Source of the DNA: Octopus vulgaris
Taxonomy: Eukaryota
DNA length: 64,000 nucleotides
Direction: 5' to 3'
NCBI GenBank assembly: GCA_951406725.2
Contig: OX597816.1
Span: forward strand, 84,072,001 to 84,136,000
The translations under genes were made by a program, and so were the position numbers. This document shows, one piece after another, positions 1 through 12,007 of the stretch (the stretch's first letter is position 1; each line of letters begins with the position of its first letter). The notes under the pieces are model-generated. The model was not told the DNA's origin, made no database searches, and saw nothing but the letters and a program-made list of their open reading frames with translations.

Positions 1-83
1 GCAACTGCATAGCGATTCCAGTGATTGCCTTGAAAATATTGGCTATGCTAGTCGTTTTATTCAGACTGAAGTTATGTTATAGA

Positions 84-152
84 TCAATGGTTATCAGCCT
101 GGGGTCTGCGAAACCCCTGTTGGTCCGCAAAGGTAGTACTAGGGGCCCGTGA
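84..152 (+). mobile_element. Possible end fragment of a hAT-type MITE
   Basis: caatggttatcagcctggggtctgcgaaacccc resembles CAGTGGTTCTCAACCTGGGGTCCGCGGACCCC-type hAT/Charlie MITE termini; no partner end seen. Confidence 0.3.
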
Positions 153-259
153 ACTAAATTCTAAATTTCATATATATATATACATTTATATAGGAATTTT
201 TTTTGTAATGAGATAAAAAAGCAAGGCTGTGAAAATTTTAGAACATTTATAAATAGAAT

Positions 260-307
260 GTCTTACAACTGTTTCCAAGATAATTTTTATATCCCTTCAT
301 CGGAGAC
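260..307 (-). ncRNA. Degenerate type I hammerhead ribozyme motif
   Basis: Minus strand GTCT-CCGATGA-agggatataaaaattatcttg-GAAA-CAGTTG-TA-AGAC: stem I GTCT/AGAC, core with U4C, GUA triplet. Confidence 0.55.
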
Positions 308-446
308 GGTGTAAGAAAATGGTTAAGTAATAGTTAATTTAGATAAGATTTGAAATAGAGAGTGAAGTGGAGGAATGAATTCATTCCCCAACTCTCTATT
401 TTGTATCATATCTAAATTAATTATTACTTAACCATTTTCTCACACC

Positions 447-494
447 GTCTCCGATAAAGAGATATAATAAATATCCTGGAAACAGCTGTAAGAC
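447..494 (+). ncRNA. Degenerate type I hammerhead ribozyme motif
   Basis: GTCT-CCGATAA-agagatataataaatatcctg-GAAA-CAGCTG-TA-AGAC; palindromic stem III ACAGCTGT; same motif family as the intact copy at 50677-50732. Confidence 0.55.
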
Positions 495-735
495 TTTCTA
501 TTTTAAAATGTTTTTTATAAATGTTTATTCCTAAAGATTTCACAGCCTTAGTGTTTTTTATTTCATTACGAAAAAAAAATTTGATATATACACTCGCTGA
601 TATATGACCTACGTTGGATTCCTTTATTCGCAATATCACCGAACCTGGAGCTTAACTATGGTCTATCTATAGCGCTTACTCAGCAGTACCTGATACCTTT
701 GGGTCTTACTGACACCGTTATCTCTCATAACCTCC

Positions 736-821
<86 letters not shown>

Positions 822-1589
822 ACAGAAGGATAAGTATATTAAAAGGTAAGACTCATTTAATTAAAAGGGTTGGGAACCCCTGTAGGAATCACTGTTATAG
901 ATATTGAACTGCTTTCTCTGCTTCCTTTGCTTCAGTCGTTGGACTGCAGCCATGCTGGGACACGGCTTTGAGTTGAATTTTTCTATTGTTTGTTGTTTTT
1001 TTGTCATAGAATGATTTTGCTTACTTTTGAAGAGCTTTGAAATAGATTGAACAACAATTCCTAGAAGGATGAACATCACATAAAAAGCATAACGTTGTTA
1101 TGGGCGGTTTCCCAGGCATGAGACCCCAGTTGTGAACACATTGTTGGCAGCTGGGTTAAGTGATAACAGTATTAGTGAAGCGCCAAAGAACAAACACTTT
1201 TGAAACATCACAGTATTTAGTTACGACCTATCACATGACATATAGATAGCTAGGTAGATAGATAGATTGACAGACAGACAGAGAAATAGGCAAAACGGTC
1301 GATCAACAGACAACTTGTTAAATAAGGAGGTAAGCTGAAAGATTGGTTGGTTCATAAACCAATAGATAATTAAAGATTCAGCTGAGAAAATACAAATGGT
1401 TAAATTCATAATTCGAATGATAAAATATAGAAATAGAAACTGACTTGAAAATATATCTATTAATATCAATAAAATTATTGATGTAAATAGATATATTAAT
1501 TGATAGCATGATATATGCAGCTGCATGTATACATTCACATATGCGTACATACATACAAATGTACAAACGTATACACACAAACACAGATA

Positions 1590-2420
1590 TATATGTTGCT
1601 ATATTTGGGGACGGCCATTTTGCCAATAAGCACACGCACACTATATTTGATCTTCACTTTAGCTTTATTGTTATTAGTTATTGTTTACTTCACAGATTTC
1701 TTTCTTATATTCTGTGATCTCAATGACTACTTGTTCTTATCTTTGTGTCCGCTTTTTTCTGACCTTTTCCCGTTTACTCCATATTGTCTCTCTGTGGTAC
1801 CTCCGCATGCGTTTCTGTCTGTGCCTGCGTCTTGGGATTTGACGTGTATACATGTGTTTTGCGTGTATATTCCACTGATTGTATCTATGCCTCTCTCTTT
1901 ATTTTCCTGTGAAAATATGTTCAGGCTTTACGTTGCAGGGTGAGGGTGTTACTATTGCATTCGTGCTTTCTGTTGAGGTTCAGTGTACTTCCTATTAGGA
2001 ATTTTACTGCCGTAACACATCTAAGTGTTGCGTCAGTTCTAAGATAGGAGCTTGACTTTTATGTTATCTATCAAGCACCCATGTCCGGGTTTGGTATGTT
2101 GAGTTCTCGCCAGTGAACCTTTCTGTTGTGCTACAGGCTGTCTCTTCGAGGACACATATTATTTGTAATAATAAAGCCAAAATGGAGATTAAATAAATAA
2201 TGACGATCAATAAATGTGTTTACATTGCCATAATAGATCGGTAGCCACTACACACATTTTTTTCTTCTCTCCTTGTTTTTTCTGTGTCCCTTTCTGTAAA
2301 AGAGCGTAGGCTCGAAACATAAAAGACTTGTTCAATTCCTGAGCGTTATACTAATACATCTGTTTGTTTTGTATATCACCTGTCTTCGTCTTTTGTTTTT
2401 TCGTGAACTCTCCCTGTATG
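1590..2420 (+). mobile_element. Non-coding interspersed repeat (PLE-associated candidate), also at 35030-35230 and 53040-53230 on the minus strand
   Basis: About 2225-2415 is the reverse complement of 53045-53230 and resembles 35030-35210; all end at (TA)n; contains an HHR-like motif at 2290-2325. Left boundary uncertain. Confidence 0.6.
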
Positions 2421-2434
2421 TATATATATACATA

Positions 2435-2503
<69 letters not shown>

Positions 2504-2724
2504 CCATACATACTGACATATATACATACATTTATATCCATACATAAAGTATATGGAGGAAAAGTAACTCAAAAGAGAAGAATAGAGTGAATGGAGAGAT
2601 CTACCTTGTGTTACATATCCATAATTTGAAAATTTATGATTAGAGGGATATATATACGAACGCAGATAGAAAGATACAAACACATAACTGTATGAAGAAA
2701 TATGGATTGCCAGATTTCAGAATA

Positions 2725-2762
<38 letters not shown>

Positions 2763-2983
2763 TATATGGATATAGATATAGGTATGTGTGTGTATATATA
2801 TATGTATATATATATATCTTTACATACATACATAAAGACAAAGACATACAAACACAGGCTTACACTCACAGACACCCTCACACACAACCACACATTTTAC
2901 ATACATACTTACATACACATATGTGTAAACACATACATATATACTTGTGTTTGTGTTTGAGTATTTAGAACTAGAGTGCATTT

Positions 2984-3021
<38 letters not shown>

Positions 3022-3203
3022 CAGAGAGAGAGAGAGAGAAGGAATGAGAAAGAGAAAAGTGGAAAGAGGGAATAGAATGAGAAAGATAAAGGCGGATAGA
3101 TGTGAGGGAGAGGAGTGAGAAAAATAATATGGGTATATATGTAAATTATATACGTCAGACGAAAAGAATGATTAATTGAGTTGCATAAAGATAGACAGCT
3201 TGA

Positions 3204-3252
<49 letters not shown>

Positions 3253-3796
3253 GAAGAGAAAGAGAGATAGAGATAGACAGACAGACAGACAGAGAGACAG
3301 AGAGAGAATGCATAAAAGAAAGAAAGCAGCAAAGAGAAGTGTAGAGATGTCTAACATGAGAAACATACATACGCACATATATATTCATTATTGTCATATG
3401 TATGTATGTATATATGTATAAATATATGTTACATATACATATCCAGACATAAATATATATATATACATTCGCTCATACATATATACGTATATATGTGTTT
3501 ATGTGTGTGCGAATGAGTAGCAAAAGGAGAGTGGGAAAAGGGAGATAATGAAACAGATAAAACGGAAGAACAAGTAGTAAAGAAAGAAAAAAAAAGTAGT
3601 TAGGTGGGAGATTGGAGTGGGGGAGGTCATACAATATGGGCTTGTATGTAAATAGATATGACAGCTGAAATGGGAAGAATGAAAAGTTAAGGGAGTAATT
3701 TTATTGAAAATGAAATAAAATATGACAATAACGATAGACGAAAATTTTTGATCCCCGGAGTATAATATACATACATAGACACACACACACAAGCGC

Positions 3797-3870
<74 letters not shown>

Positions 3871-4058
3871 ATGTATATATATGTATATATATGTATATAT
3901 ATGTATGTGTACTATAGGGCGTGGTGTGTTCTATAATAGGCTGTGTATGGGTTGTAGTCTGGCGTAGTATAGTGTGGTGTGTATGGCAGTGTATGACGTT
4001 CGGTGTGCTTTATATAGTGGGCGTGGTATTTGTGCTGTCCATGGTGTTGTAATGAGTG

Positions 4059-4096
<38 letters not shown>

Positions 4097-4146
4097 CATA
4101 TATATATATATACACACACACACATACACACTTATGCATTTATATA

Positions 4147-4189
<43 letters not shown>

Positions 4190-4310
4190 TTCTTCTTCTT
4201 CTCCACCTCTTCCTGCTTTTTCCCATTATTATTATTATTATTATAGAAACAGTTTGATTCGGCTCCGTTCGGCTTAAATTTTTGTGAGCTTCTTAAAGAA
4301 ACCTACTTCG

Positions 4311-4374
4311 TCGAGCTCAGTTATTTGAGTGGAGACTATATATATATAGTCTCCGATCAAATAACTGAGCTCGA
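4311..4374. repeat. Short near-perfect hairpin centred on (TA)n
   Basis: tcgagctcagttatttgagtggagac-(ta)n-gtctccgatcaaataactgagctcga. Confidence 0.85.
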
Positions 4375-4732
4375 TATATAAATATATATATATATAATAT
4401 ATAAATATATATATACATACATATATATATATGTATATATATGTCTGTATATATACACACACACACATGTTCACATACATATCCCTATACATATGTACGT
4501 ATGTGTGTATGCCTTCCACTAACGCTTGAGATCGGTGTTAATGAGTTTACATCCCCGGAATATAGTGGTTCCGCAAAGTGAGAGACGGAAGAAGTACCAG
4601 GCTTAAAAAAAAACTAAGCGCTGTGATGGATTCCTTCGACTAAAATTTCCCAAGGAAATGACCCAGTATGGCTGCTGTCCAATCACTGAAAGCAGTAAAA
4701 GATAAACGATGAAAGATACACACACGCTCATT

Positions 4733-4769
<37 letters not shown>

Positions 4770-5119
4770 ATTCGTTTTATTTTGTTGATTGATTGATTTT
4801 CCAAATTGTTAATTTGCAAATATTATACTAATGTATTTTCATGCAGAACTACACTTTATCAAAAAATTTCCTCCAAAAATGAATGTTCGGAAGGTGTATT
4901 TTGTAAATATAAATCAGAGGAGAAAAAGTAAGAAAGGAGGAAAAAGGAAGGAAAAAGGAAAAAAATGGAGAAAAGAGGAAAAAAAGTGGGAAACAGTGAA
5001 AGAAAGCAAAATGACCCTCCTTAAACCCATGAAATACAATGGTAAAGGAAAAACTAATTTCATAAATGAATGAATCGTCAATTGGAAGGTGGATACCCTT
5101 TCTCTCGCTCTTTCCCTCT

Positions 5120-5995
5120 GTTCTGCACGCACTCGTGCAGTGTCCAACAATTTCCGACCTGTGGGCTTATGTCGAACAACTGCTGTCACGTGTGGGACGA
5201 GTCGGTTTATCAGCTGAGTCTATCGTCAATATTGTGATGCCTCCTTCCTTCAAACGGGAAGGAAGAACTATTTTCATAATCCTTGTGGCTATGGCGAAGG
5301 AATGTATCTCGTGGACGCGTCTGAAAGGATTGGAGACAAACACTTTCCTCTCTGGTCAATCTCTCATCAACTTCTTCAAGTACCACTTGAAGAGGAAAGT
5401 GAGAGTAGAGAGGCAAGTTTTGTCTAGCGAATGTTTTAAAAAAAGATGGGTGAATGTAGCAAGGATGGCACGTATGAATGACGAAGCCACCTTGAGCATA
5501 ATCCTATGAACCCAGAAATTGAAAACAGAGGGTTACCCACTTGCAAACAAATGTGGTAACATATAACAATATTGACCAAGGTTACCGTGGTCTTTTTCGT
5601 AGGCTTTTCTTCCCACGGATAAACCTTACTTGCTTTCCCCTTTACACCATATATCATAACACTGTGATACACGATTCCTATTGATCGTTCTTTTTTTTCC
5701 TCTTCCCCTTTCCCCCCCCTTTTTTTCTTCTTTTTTTCATTTTTCTTTTCTCTTGTTCCTTTTCCTTTTCCTTTTTTTTATTTTATTTTATTTTTTTTAT
5801 TTATTCTTTTTATTTTTTATTTATTTATTTTTTTTTTTGTTCTTTTCTTCCCTTTTACGATCCCTCTTGATCGAAAACCTACGCCACCCCCTTTTTTCCT
5901 TTTTTTTTGTTGTTTTCTTCATCCCCCAAAAGAAAAGCTCTACCTTGTAACTTGTCCCATCTGTGTGCAGCCCTGTGTGGCCAATAAAGAAACTT
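5120..5995 (+). mobile_element. 3' end of a Tx1/L1-clade LINE (ORF2 C-terminus plus 3' UTR)
   Basis: ORF 5066-5509 contains HALVQCPTISDLWAYVEQLL...AKECISWTRLK, like the zinc-knuckle/C-terminal region of Tx1/L1 ORF2; followed by a T-rich UTR and AATAAA near 5983. Confidence 0.7.
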
Positions 5996-6070
5996 ATCTA
6001 TATTTCTATCTATCCATTGAATAGATTTCACTGTCCTGACTATTTAATTACCTGGTTCACTTGAATCCTG

Positions 6071-6114
<44 letters not shown>

Positions 6115-6320
6115 TATATATATAAAAGTTTAATTTAAATTAAAAATTAAAGCTTCAATAGAAGACATTAAAATGTAGTATCGAAACCTCGTTTCGAGTA
6201 AGCCTCAAGTAGCATACCTGTAGATCGCGTTCGCTTTCGTCGCTGGATCTAGTAAGGAATTCATAGGTGCACGTTTGAGTGTATTCTAAATGATTGTTAC
6301 GGAAGACGGTGTGCATTTAG

Positions 6321-6423
6321 CACAGCAATCGTTTCGGTTGCCTTTTGCACTGTTCTTTTGTGAGTGGCGAACGATGTACTGACATCAGATGCATCTCGCA
6401 GTGCAAAGGGGCACCATCAGGTG
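6321..6423 (-). ncRNA. Decayed hammerhead-like motif with long stem II
   Basis: Minus strand CAC-CTGATG-GTGCCCCTTTGCACTG...CAGTGCAAAAGGCAACC-GAAA-CGATTG-CT-GTG; core lacks A9 and the triplet is mutated. Confidence 0.4.
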
Positions 6424-6941
6424 ACGTCATAGGTTTCAAAAGTTTATAAAATTTACATTTCACTCCAGGCTAGATTCTGATGGTATTATGGTATGTTGCT
6501 AGTAGTTCACACACATTGATGAAATAAGGATACTTGTGGCCTGTATACAGGAAGTGGTTGATAAAAATACAAAGAATATAATGTAAGGTGGGGAGCTGTT
6601 AATGCCATTGACGGTGTGGTCAAGAATTTGGTGGGGGTGTGATAACGTAAGTTGTCTATGGTTGAAAAGTTGGAACCCTTAGGTTATCAGTAAATATCCA
6701 GTTTCAAGAATATTAAGATAAAATATGTGTAAGCATATATTTGTGAAGTTTCAATGTATTAGTAAATAATGGTGGGGGGTGTTTTTTTTTATATATCTGA
6801 TATGTAGGGTTTCGGTTTGTAGGTTTTTAGGTGTAAGCAGTTTGCATTTGTACAAGACAGAATTAATTTGGAAATGGGTTATATGGTCTTATGAACTATC
6901 TTCTGGTCATGCTTGACAAAACTACATAACATCATGCAGCA

Positions 6942-6975
6942 ATAAAGCGTTTCGAGTAATGCCCATTTTCAATAC
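6942..6975 (-). ncRNA. Decayed minimal hammerhead-like motif (U3-A8 type)
   Basis: Minus strand GTA-TTGAAAA-TGGGCATTACTC-GAAA-CGC-TT-TAT, resembling TTGAAAA-GGGGCAATACCCT-GAAA-CGCG-TC of the 47-kb array. Confidence 0.3.
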
Positions 6976-7017
6976 ACATACTTTTATCTGAAATAACTTC
7001 CTTTATATAAATATATA

Positions 7018-7248
7018 TTTCTTTACTGCCCACAAGGGGCTAAACATAGAGGGGACAAACAAGGACAGACAAAGGGATTAAGCCGATAATATCGACCCCA
7101 GTGCGAAACTGGTACTTTATATATCGACCCCGAAAGTATGAAAGGCAAAGTCGACCTCGGCGGAATTTGAACTCAGAACGTAACGACAGACGAAATACCG
7201 CTAAGCATTTCGCCCGGCGCGATAATGTTTCTGCCAGCTCGCCGCCTT
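7018..7248 (-). mobile_element. tRNA-derived SINE, family A (octopus OR-type), full length
   Basis: Reverse complement of AAGGCGGCGAGCTGGCAGAAAC...GAGTTCAAATTCCGCCGAGGTCGAC...GCCCCTTGTGGGCAGTAAAGAAA; many copies in the window; Pol III B-box-like GAGTTCAAATTC. Confidence 0.85.
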
Positions 7249-7501
7249 AAACTCCCTTTATATATTGGGGCTCTACATCCATTAGAACAAAAGAATTTTT
7301 TTTGCATATTATATCACAAAGTATTACCATTTGTTATTTTCAGTCATTTAAAAAACAGGCCAAATTTCTAAATAACTCTAACACAAGCGCACGTTTATAC
7401 CTTCACTGATAAACAGAGATATATCTTATATGAAAATAATTGCTGAGGTTTATTGTCTGGTCTGTTAGAGACAAAACATATGCATTTACATATACACACA
7501 C

Positions 7502-7539
<38 letters not shown>

Positions 7540-7902
7540 AACACACACATATATAAATATTAAAGCTTCATGATTAAAAACAACGAAGCCAAGATAAACG
7601 TAACATCTTTTAATCTATTGACTGTAGCAAATGGCTTTACACCGAAGTCAGCATAATTAACTTAGCGTTAGTCGTGATATCAAGCTTTATTAATAGTCAC
7701 GAGCTATTACGCAGAAATGCTCCGGTTACAGCTGGCTGCTCTTTTGAGTTTATTGTTTTTTATACTGAATACATGTCTTGATTTCTTTATCTTTGGTGCT
7801 CAACTGTTTGAATCTTCATCATTAAAGTTGTGTTATTTTTTATTATTTTTTTTGCTTTTGTCTTTTATCCACTCCCTGTTTCTATATACCTGCGTGTATG
7901 TA

Positions 7903-7950
<48 letters not shown>

Positions 7951-8654
7951 TACATACATATGTATCTGTGTGTGCGCGCGTATGTGTGCGTGGATGTGTA
8001 TATGTATATATATATTTTTATATAAACACAGATACGCTTACGTTTCCCTCTCATCTCTCTCTCTTTGTATCTATCTATCTATATATCTACACACATATAT
8101 ATGTATGTATGTATGTATGCATGCATGTATGTGTTTTTCATTGGTGCGGTTCTTTTGTTCGCATCTTTACTCTTAAACTTTGTTTCCACATTCTTCTTCT
8201 CTTCCTTTCATTCTCACAACCGCCGCTGCCTGGTGTTACTACTGCTACTACTACAACTACTGCTACTTTTCTGGTGATGACGATGATTATGATGATGATG
8301 ATAATGAGAAGAAGGAGGAGGAGGAGAGGCAGGAAGAGTTAGAAAAGGAGAGGAGGAAATATCTATACGTATTCATTTCAGCATTTCACTTATATTCATA
8401 ATTTTCTCGGTATAATTCCTGTTATTTACTCCTAACTACCACTCATAATATCAATAACTGGGTACCATGCCACAATAGATATTGATTCAGGGTACCATAT
8501 CCCATTTCTATATGTTCGTGGCCATATGCCAAATCCTTACCATGCTTAAATACCAAAATACAGTTTAGCAAATCTTTTAACAAGGTCAACATGTGGTTTA
8601 TTCAACGAATCTTTACAGATGAACAATGTTTCCAATATTTATGAAATCGTAATT

Positions 8655-9020
8655 CTGTCGAGGTCGGCTTTGTCTTTCATCCTTTCCCGTTCGATAAAAT
8701 AGGTACCAATTGAGTGTACTGGGGTCAATGTAATCGACATAGCCCCTTCCCCGTAAATTTTGGCCTTGTGCCAAAAATATAAACCAATATTAATGAAATC
8801 GTTGGCGGAGAGCTGGCAGAATCTTTAGGATACTGGGCAAAATGTTTAGCTGTATTTCTTAAGTTTTTACGTTCTATGTTCAAATTCCACTGAGGTCGAC
8901 TTTTCTTTTTATCCTTTTTGGGTCGATGAAATAAGTACCAGTCAAGTTCTGGGGTCGATGTAATGGACATCCTCTTCTCAATGCTTGCTGGCCTTGTGCC
9001 AAAACTTGAAACCTATGTTT
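8655..9020 (+). mobile_element. Two diverged family A SINE copies
   Basis: gaggtcggctttgtctttcatcc... and ggcggagagctggcagaatc...ggccttgtgccaaaacttgaaacc. Confidence 0.75.
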
Positions 9021-9185
9021 AGGAAATTGATAAAATCCAGAATACAACGCTTAAAATTCTTTGCTTTCTATAGAAACGAGTTTTTATGTTGTGGGTTCCA
9101 ATCCTGCTTAAATCCATTTCGCATTTCACCCTTCCAAAGCTGATGGAGGAGCGCCAGCAAAGTACTGAAATCGATATAATTCGTT

Positions 9186-9392
9186 CATTCTTTTATTTGT
9201 TTCAGTCATTTGACTGCGGCCATGCTGGAGTGCCGCCTTTAGTCGAACAAATCGACCCCAGGACTTATTCTTTGTAAGCCTAGAACTTATTCTATCGGTG
9301 TCTTTTGCCGAACCTCTAAGTTATGGAGACATAAACACATAAACATCTGTTATCAAGCGATGGTGGGGAGACAAGCACAGACACACAAACAT

Positions 9393-9433
<41 letters not shown>

Positions 9434-9602
9434 CACATACACACACGACAGATTTCTTTCAGTGTAATAAATCCATTCACAAAGCTTTGGTCGGCCCGAG
9501 GCTACAATAGAAGACACTTGCCCAAGGTGCCATGCAGTGGGACCGAACCCGGAACCATGTGGCTGGTAAGCAAGCTACTTACCGCACAGCCACTCCTGCG
9601 CC
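9186..9602 (-). mobile_element. tRNA-derived SINE, family B (octopus OK-type), full length
   Basis: Reverse complement of GGCGCAGGAGTGGCTG..GGTAAGTAGCTTGCTTACC..CCACATGGTTCCGGGTTC...internal (TA)(TG) tract...GGCCGCAGTCAAATGACTGAAAC; many copies in the window. Confidence 0.85.
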
Positions 9603-9748
9603 TATTGAATATATTTCTGACCTTACTTGAATGGGCTTATCAGTATGCTAAAAATCAGTATTGCCATCTATTACATCTCGTATGGTTAGCTTTCAGGTCG
9701 TCTCAAAGTTTCTTATTTATGTATGAGTATCTGAATTGATCTGAATTA

Positions 9749-9960
9749 GGGGTCACCGCTAATAAAGTCACAGGAAAAATGTCACGGTCACAAAGTCACA
9801 ATTTTGGCTAGGTAAAAAGTCACAATTAATTTATGGTCTCCAGACAAAACATCCCTAGGACAAAGCTCCCTCGGACAACCTTCAGCCCCTGGAAAAACCC
9901 CTGTGACATTTTTACTGTGACTTTTTACCTGTGACTTTTTTTTTTTACCTGGATTCGAAT
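9749..9960. mobile_element. Small MITE-like element with inverted subterminal repeat arrays
   Basis: Repeated aaagtcaca on the left, tgtgacttttt on the right, with ggacaa...ccc repeats between. Confidence 0.5.
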
Positions 9961-10624
9961 TAGGAGCTATTACATTTAATCTAACATTAATGCACTTTTT
10001 ATCCACCAGATTTTTGTTTCCCCAATGAATATATACCATCGCCTAACCAAATATTACTGAAATAATTTAACACTCCATTTCATGAAAAATATTCAAAGAT
10101 AGATTTTACATATATTTAAGACTCTTTCTTCGCCATAGAACTTAAGAAGCTAAACATTTGAAACCGTCTCAATTCATGTTAAAAGTGGTATTTTGTCTCC
10201 TCTGCTTTCAGACCTCTTGTAACCTCTTCCACCGTGAGCAACACTACCCTAGATTCCTGACGCAAATGAATCTTGGAATATAATACATGGTGAAGTATTG
10301 GATATTATAAGCGTGTAAACTAGTGTAGATGTAAATATTGACAAAACATCGAGAAGTTTAGTGATAGTCTTGGAGTTAAAAACGTAAAATAAAAGGTGGA
10401 GGATCCTCAGTGGTGAGTAAACATACGAACATACACACGCACGCACGCTCTCTCTCACCTCCCCCCATACAAACAAAGAAACACACACGCACAAACACAT
10501 ATATACATACATATTATAAGGAAAGTCAGCACCAGTGCGCCGGCAGTTGGTAGGGTGGGGCGGTGTTGATCTTCAATCAGTAGGTTTTAAATCCGTTCCT
10601 ATATATATATATATATATATATAT

Positions 10625-10654
<30 letters not shown>

Positions 10655-10656
<2 letters not shown>

Positions 10657-11160
10657 AACTTACTTGGAAAAGGATGCGTGGCGTTCGATCATATAATTAT
10701 ATAAATAATACATGAATATATGTATATATACATACATATATGTACATACCTACGTATATATGTATATATACAGGCATATATGGGTACAAGACATGAAAAA
10801 AACGTTGAACACAATGAGAAACGAAAACATAAAAATAAAAACATAGAAACGAACTTTTTTCTGTTGTGTCTGGGGAGAGTCATTTTCTTTTTGTACCTTA
10901 TAATGTAACACACTCACCAGTAAAATTTCCACTTATTTCTTATTTTTATTTTCCAGAGAAACGAGACACACAACAAAGAATATTCCCCTTCTTCAGTTGT
11001 CCCTGTTTCATTTACTCCGTATTTCGAAGTTAAGGACAAGACGCGACTTCGTTGAAACAGTCCTTCCCGAAAAGCAAATTAAATAAAATTGGGATTTTTT
11101 GCGGAGGGTAAAAGTAGTAACAAGACTAGGACAGTGAGAACAAAACAGTAAAAACAAACG
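10655..11160 (-). mobile_element. Copy of the 810-830 bp terminally redundant repeat family
   Basis: Shares cttacttggaaaaggatgcg, gtacatacctac, ccccttcttcag and gaaaagcaaattaaataaaatt blocks with 49517-50392 and 57061-58085; strand is inferred. Confidence 0.65.
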
Positions 11161-11229
11161 GTGTTCCTGGATTGCAAACGCATAGCTTTCAAAGCGTGAT
11201 GTGATGTAGTGGTCTTGTGTACAAGAGAG

Positions 11230-11455
11230 GCTGCGCTTCGTTTCAAATTCTCCTGTCATCTTCAATCTTTCTGGCCACATACCCATGAATGCTCTTTTTT
11301 TGTATATGCTGAGTGCTTTCCATCCAGGTCTTCTCTGCGGTGAGAGAGGGCAGCTGTTTTGTGGTTGTAAAGGAGATCATCAGGAAGAGAATGTTTCTTG
11401 AGGAGTGCACTGCCAACTCGTACAATGTTGCACCCTTCACTTTTCAGGATTACAT
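11230..11455 (-). mobile_element. Possible fragment of an RLE-type (R4/Dong-like) non-LTR retrotransposon
   Basis: Minus-strand translation KKSIHGYVARKI resembles the K.LHG.Y motif after the RT domain of R4-group elements; frameshifted. Confidence 0.3.
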
Positions 11456-11953
11456 TAATATTTTTATTTTTACTGCTGATGTTTAGCAAATACTGCTGTG
11501 ATAACATATGTATGTATGTATGTATATATGTATTTGTGTCTGAGTTTTTAGTTTTATTTAAGTTCTTCAGACAGTTCAAGTCGGTCGCTAACAAATCGAC
11601 AAATTTGAGTTAAGAGAGTTCACGGTGCTTGTAAATATGTGGTTCAGTTGGTGAGTTCCTTGAGCTGTCGGTACACTCACTTGAGCGTCTGCATCTATTT
11701 ATCTATAGAATCTTATATGGAGAATCTTTGGAATATCTTACAAATCTTCATGGATTGGATTTTGAGAATGATACCCATCAGCAGAAAAAAATTGGGGAAA
11801 AAGTATATGGAAAATGAGAATGGTATATATCAGGCTGACCCCTGATTATAATTATGTATATAATTATAGAATATTTTATATAATTCACCTAAAAAGGATT
11901 TTTTAAAGTACTGACTACTTTGCAAAATTATTAATTATTTATTAATTAATCTA

Positions 11954-12007
<54 letters not shown>

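Larger units (their letters stand above)
190..590. repeat. Long imperfect palindrome (two head-to-head copies of an HHR-bearing PLE-type terminal repeat)
   Basis: Arms about 190-379 and 380-590 are reverse complements (cggagacggtgtaagaaaatggttaagtaat vs attacttaaccattttctcacaccgtctccg); centre ggaatgaa|ttcattcc at 372-387. Confidence 0.9.
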
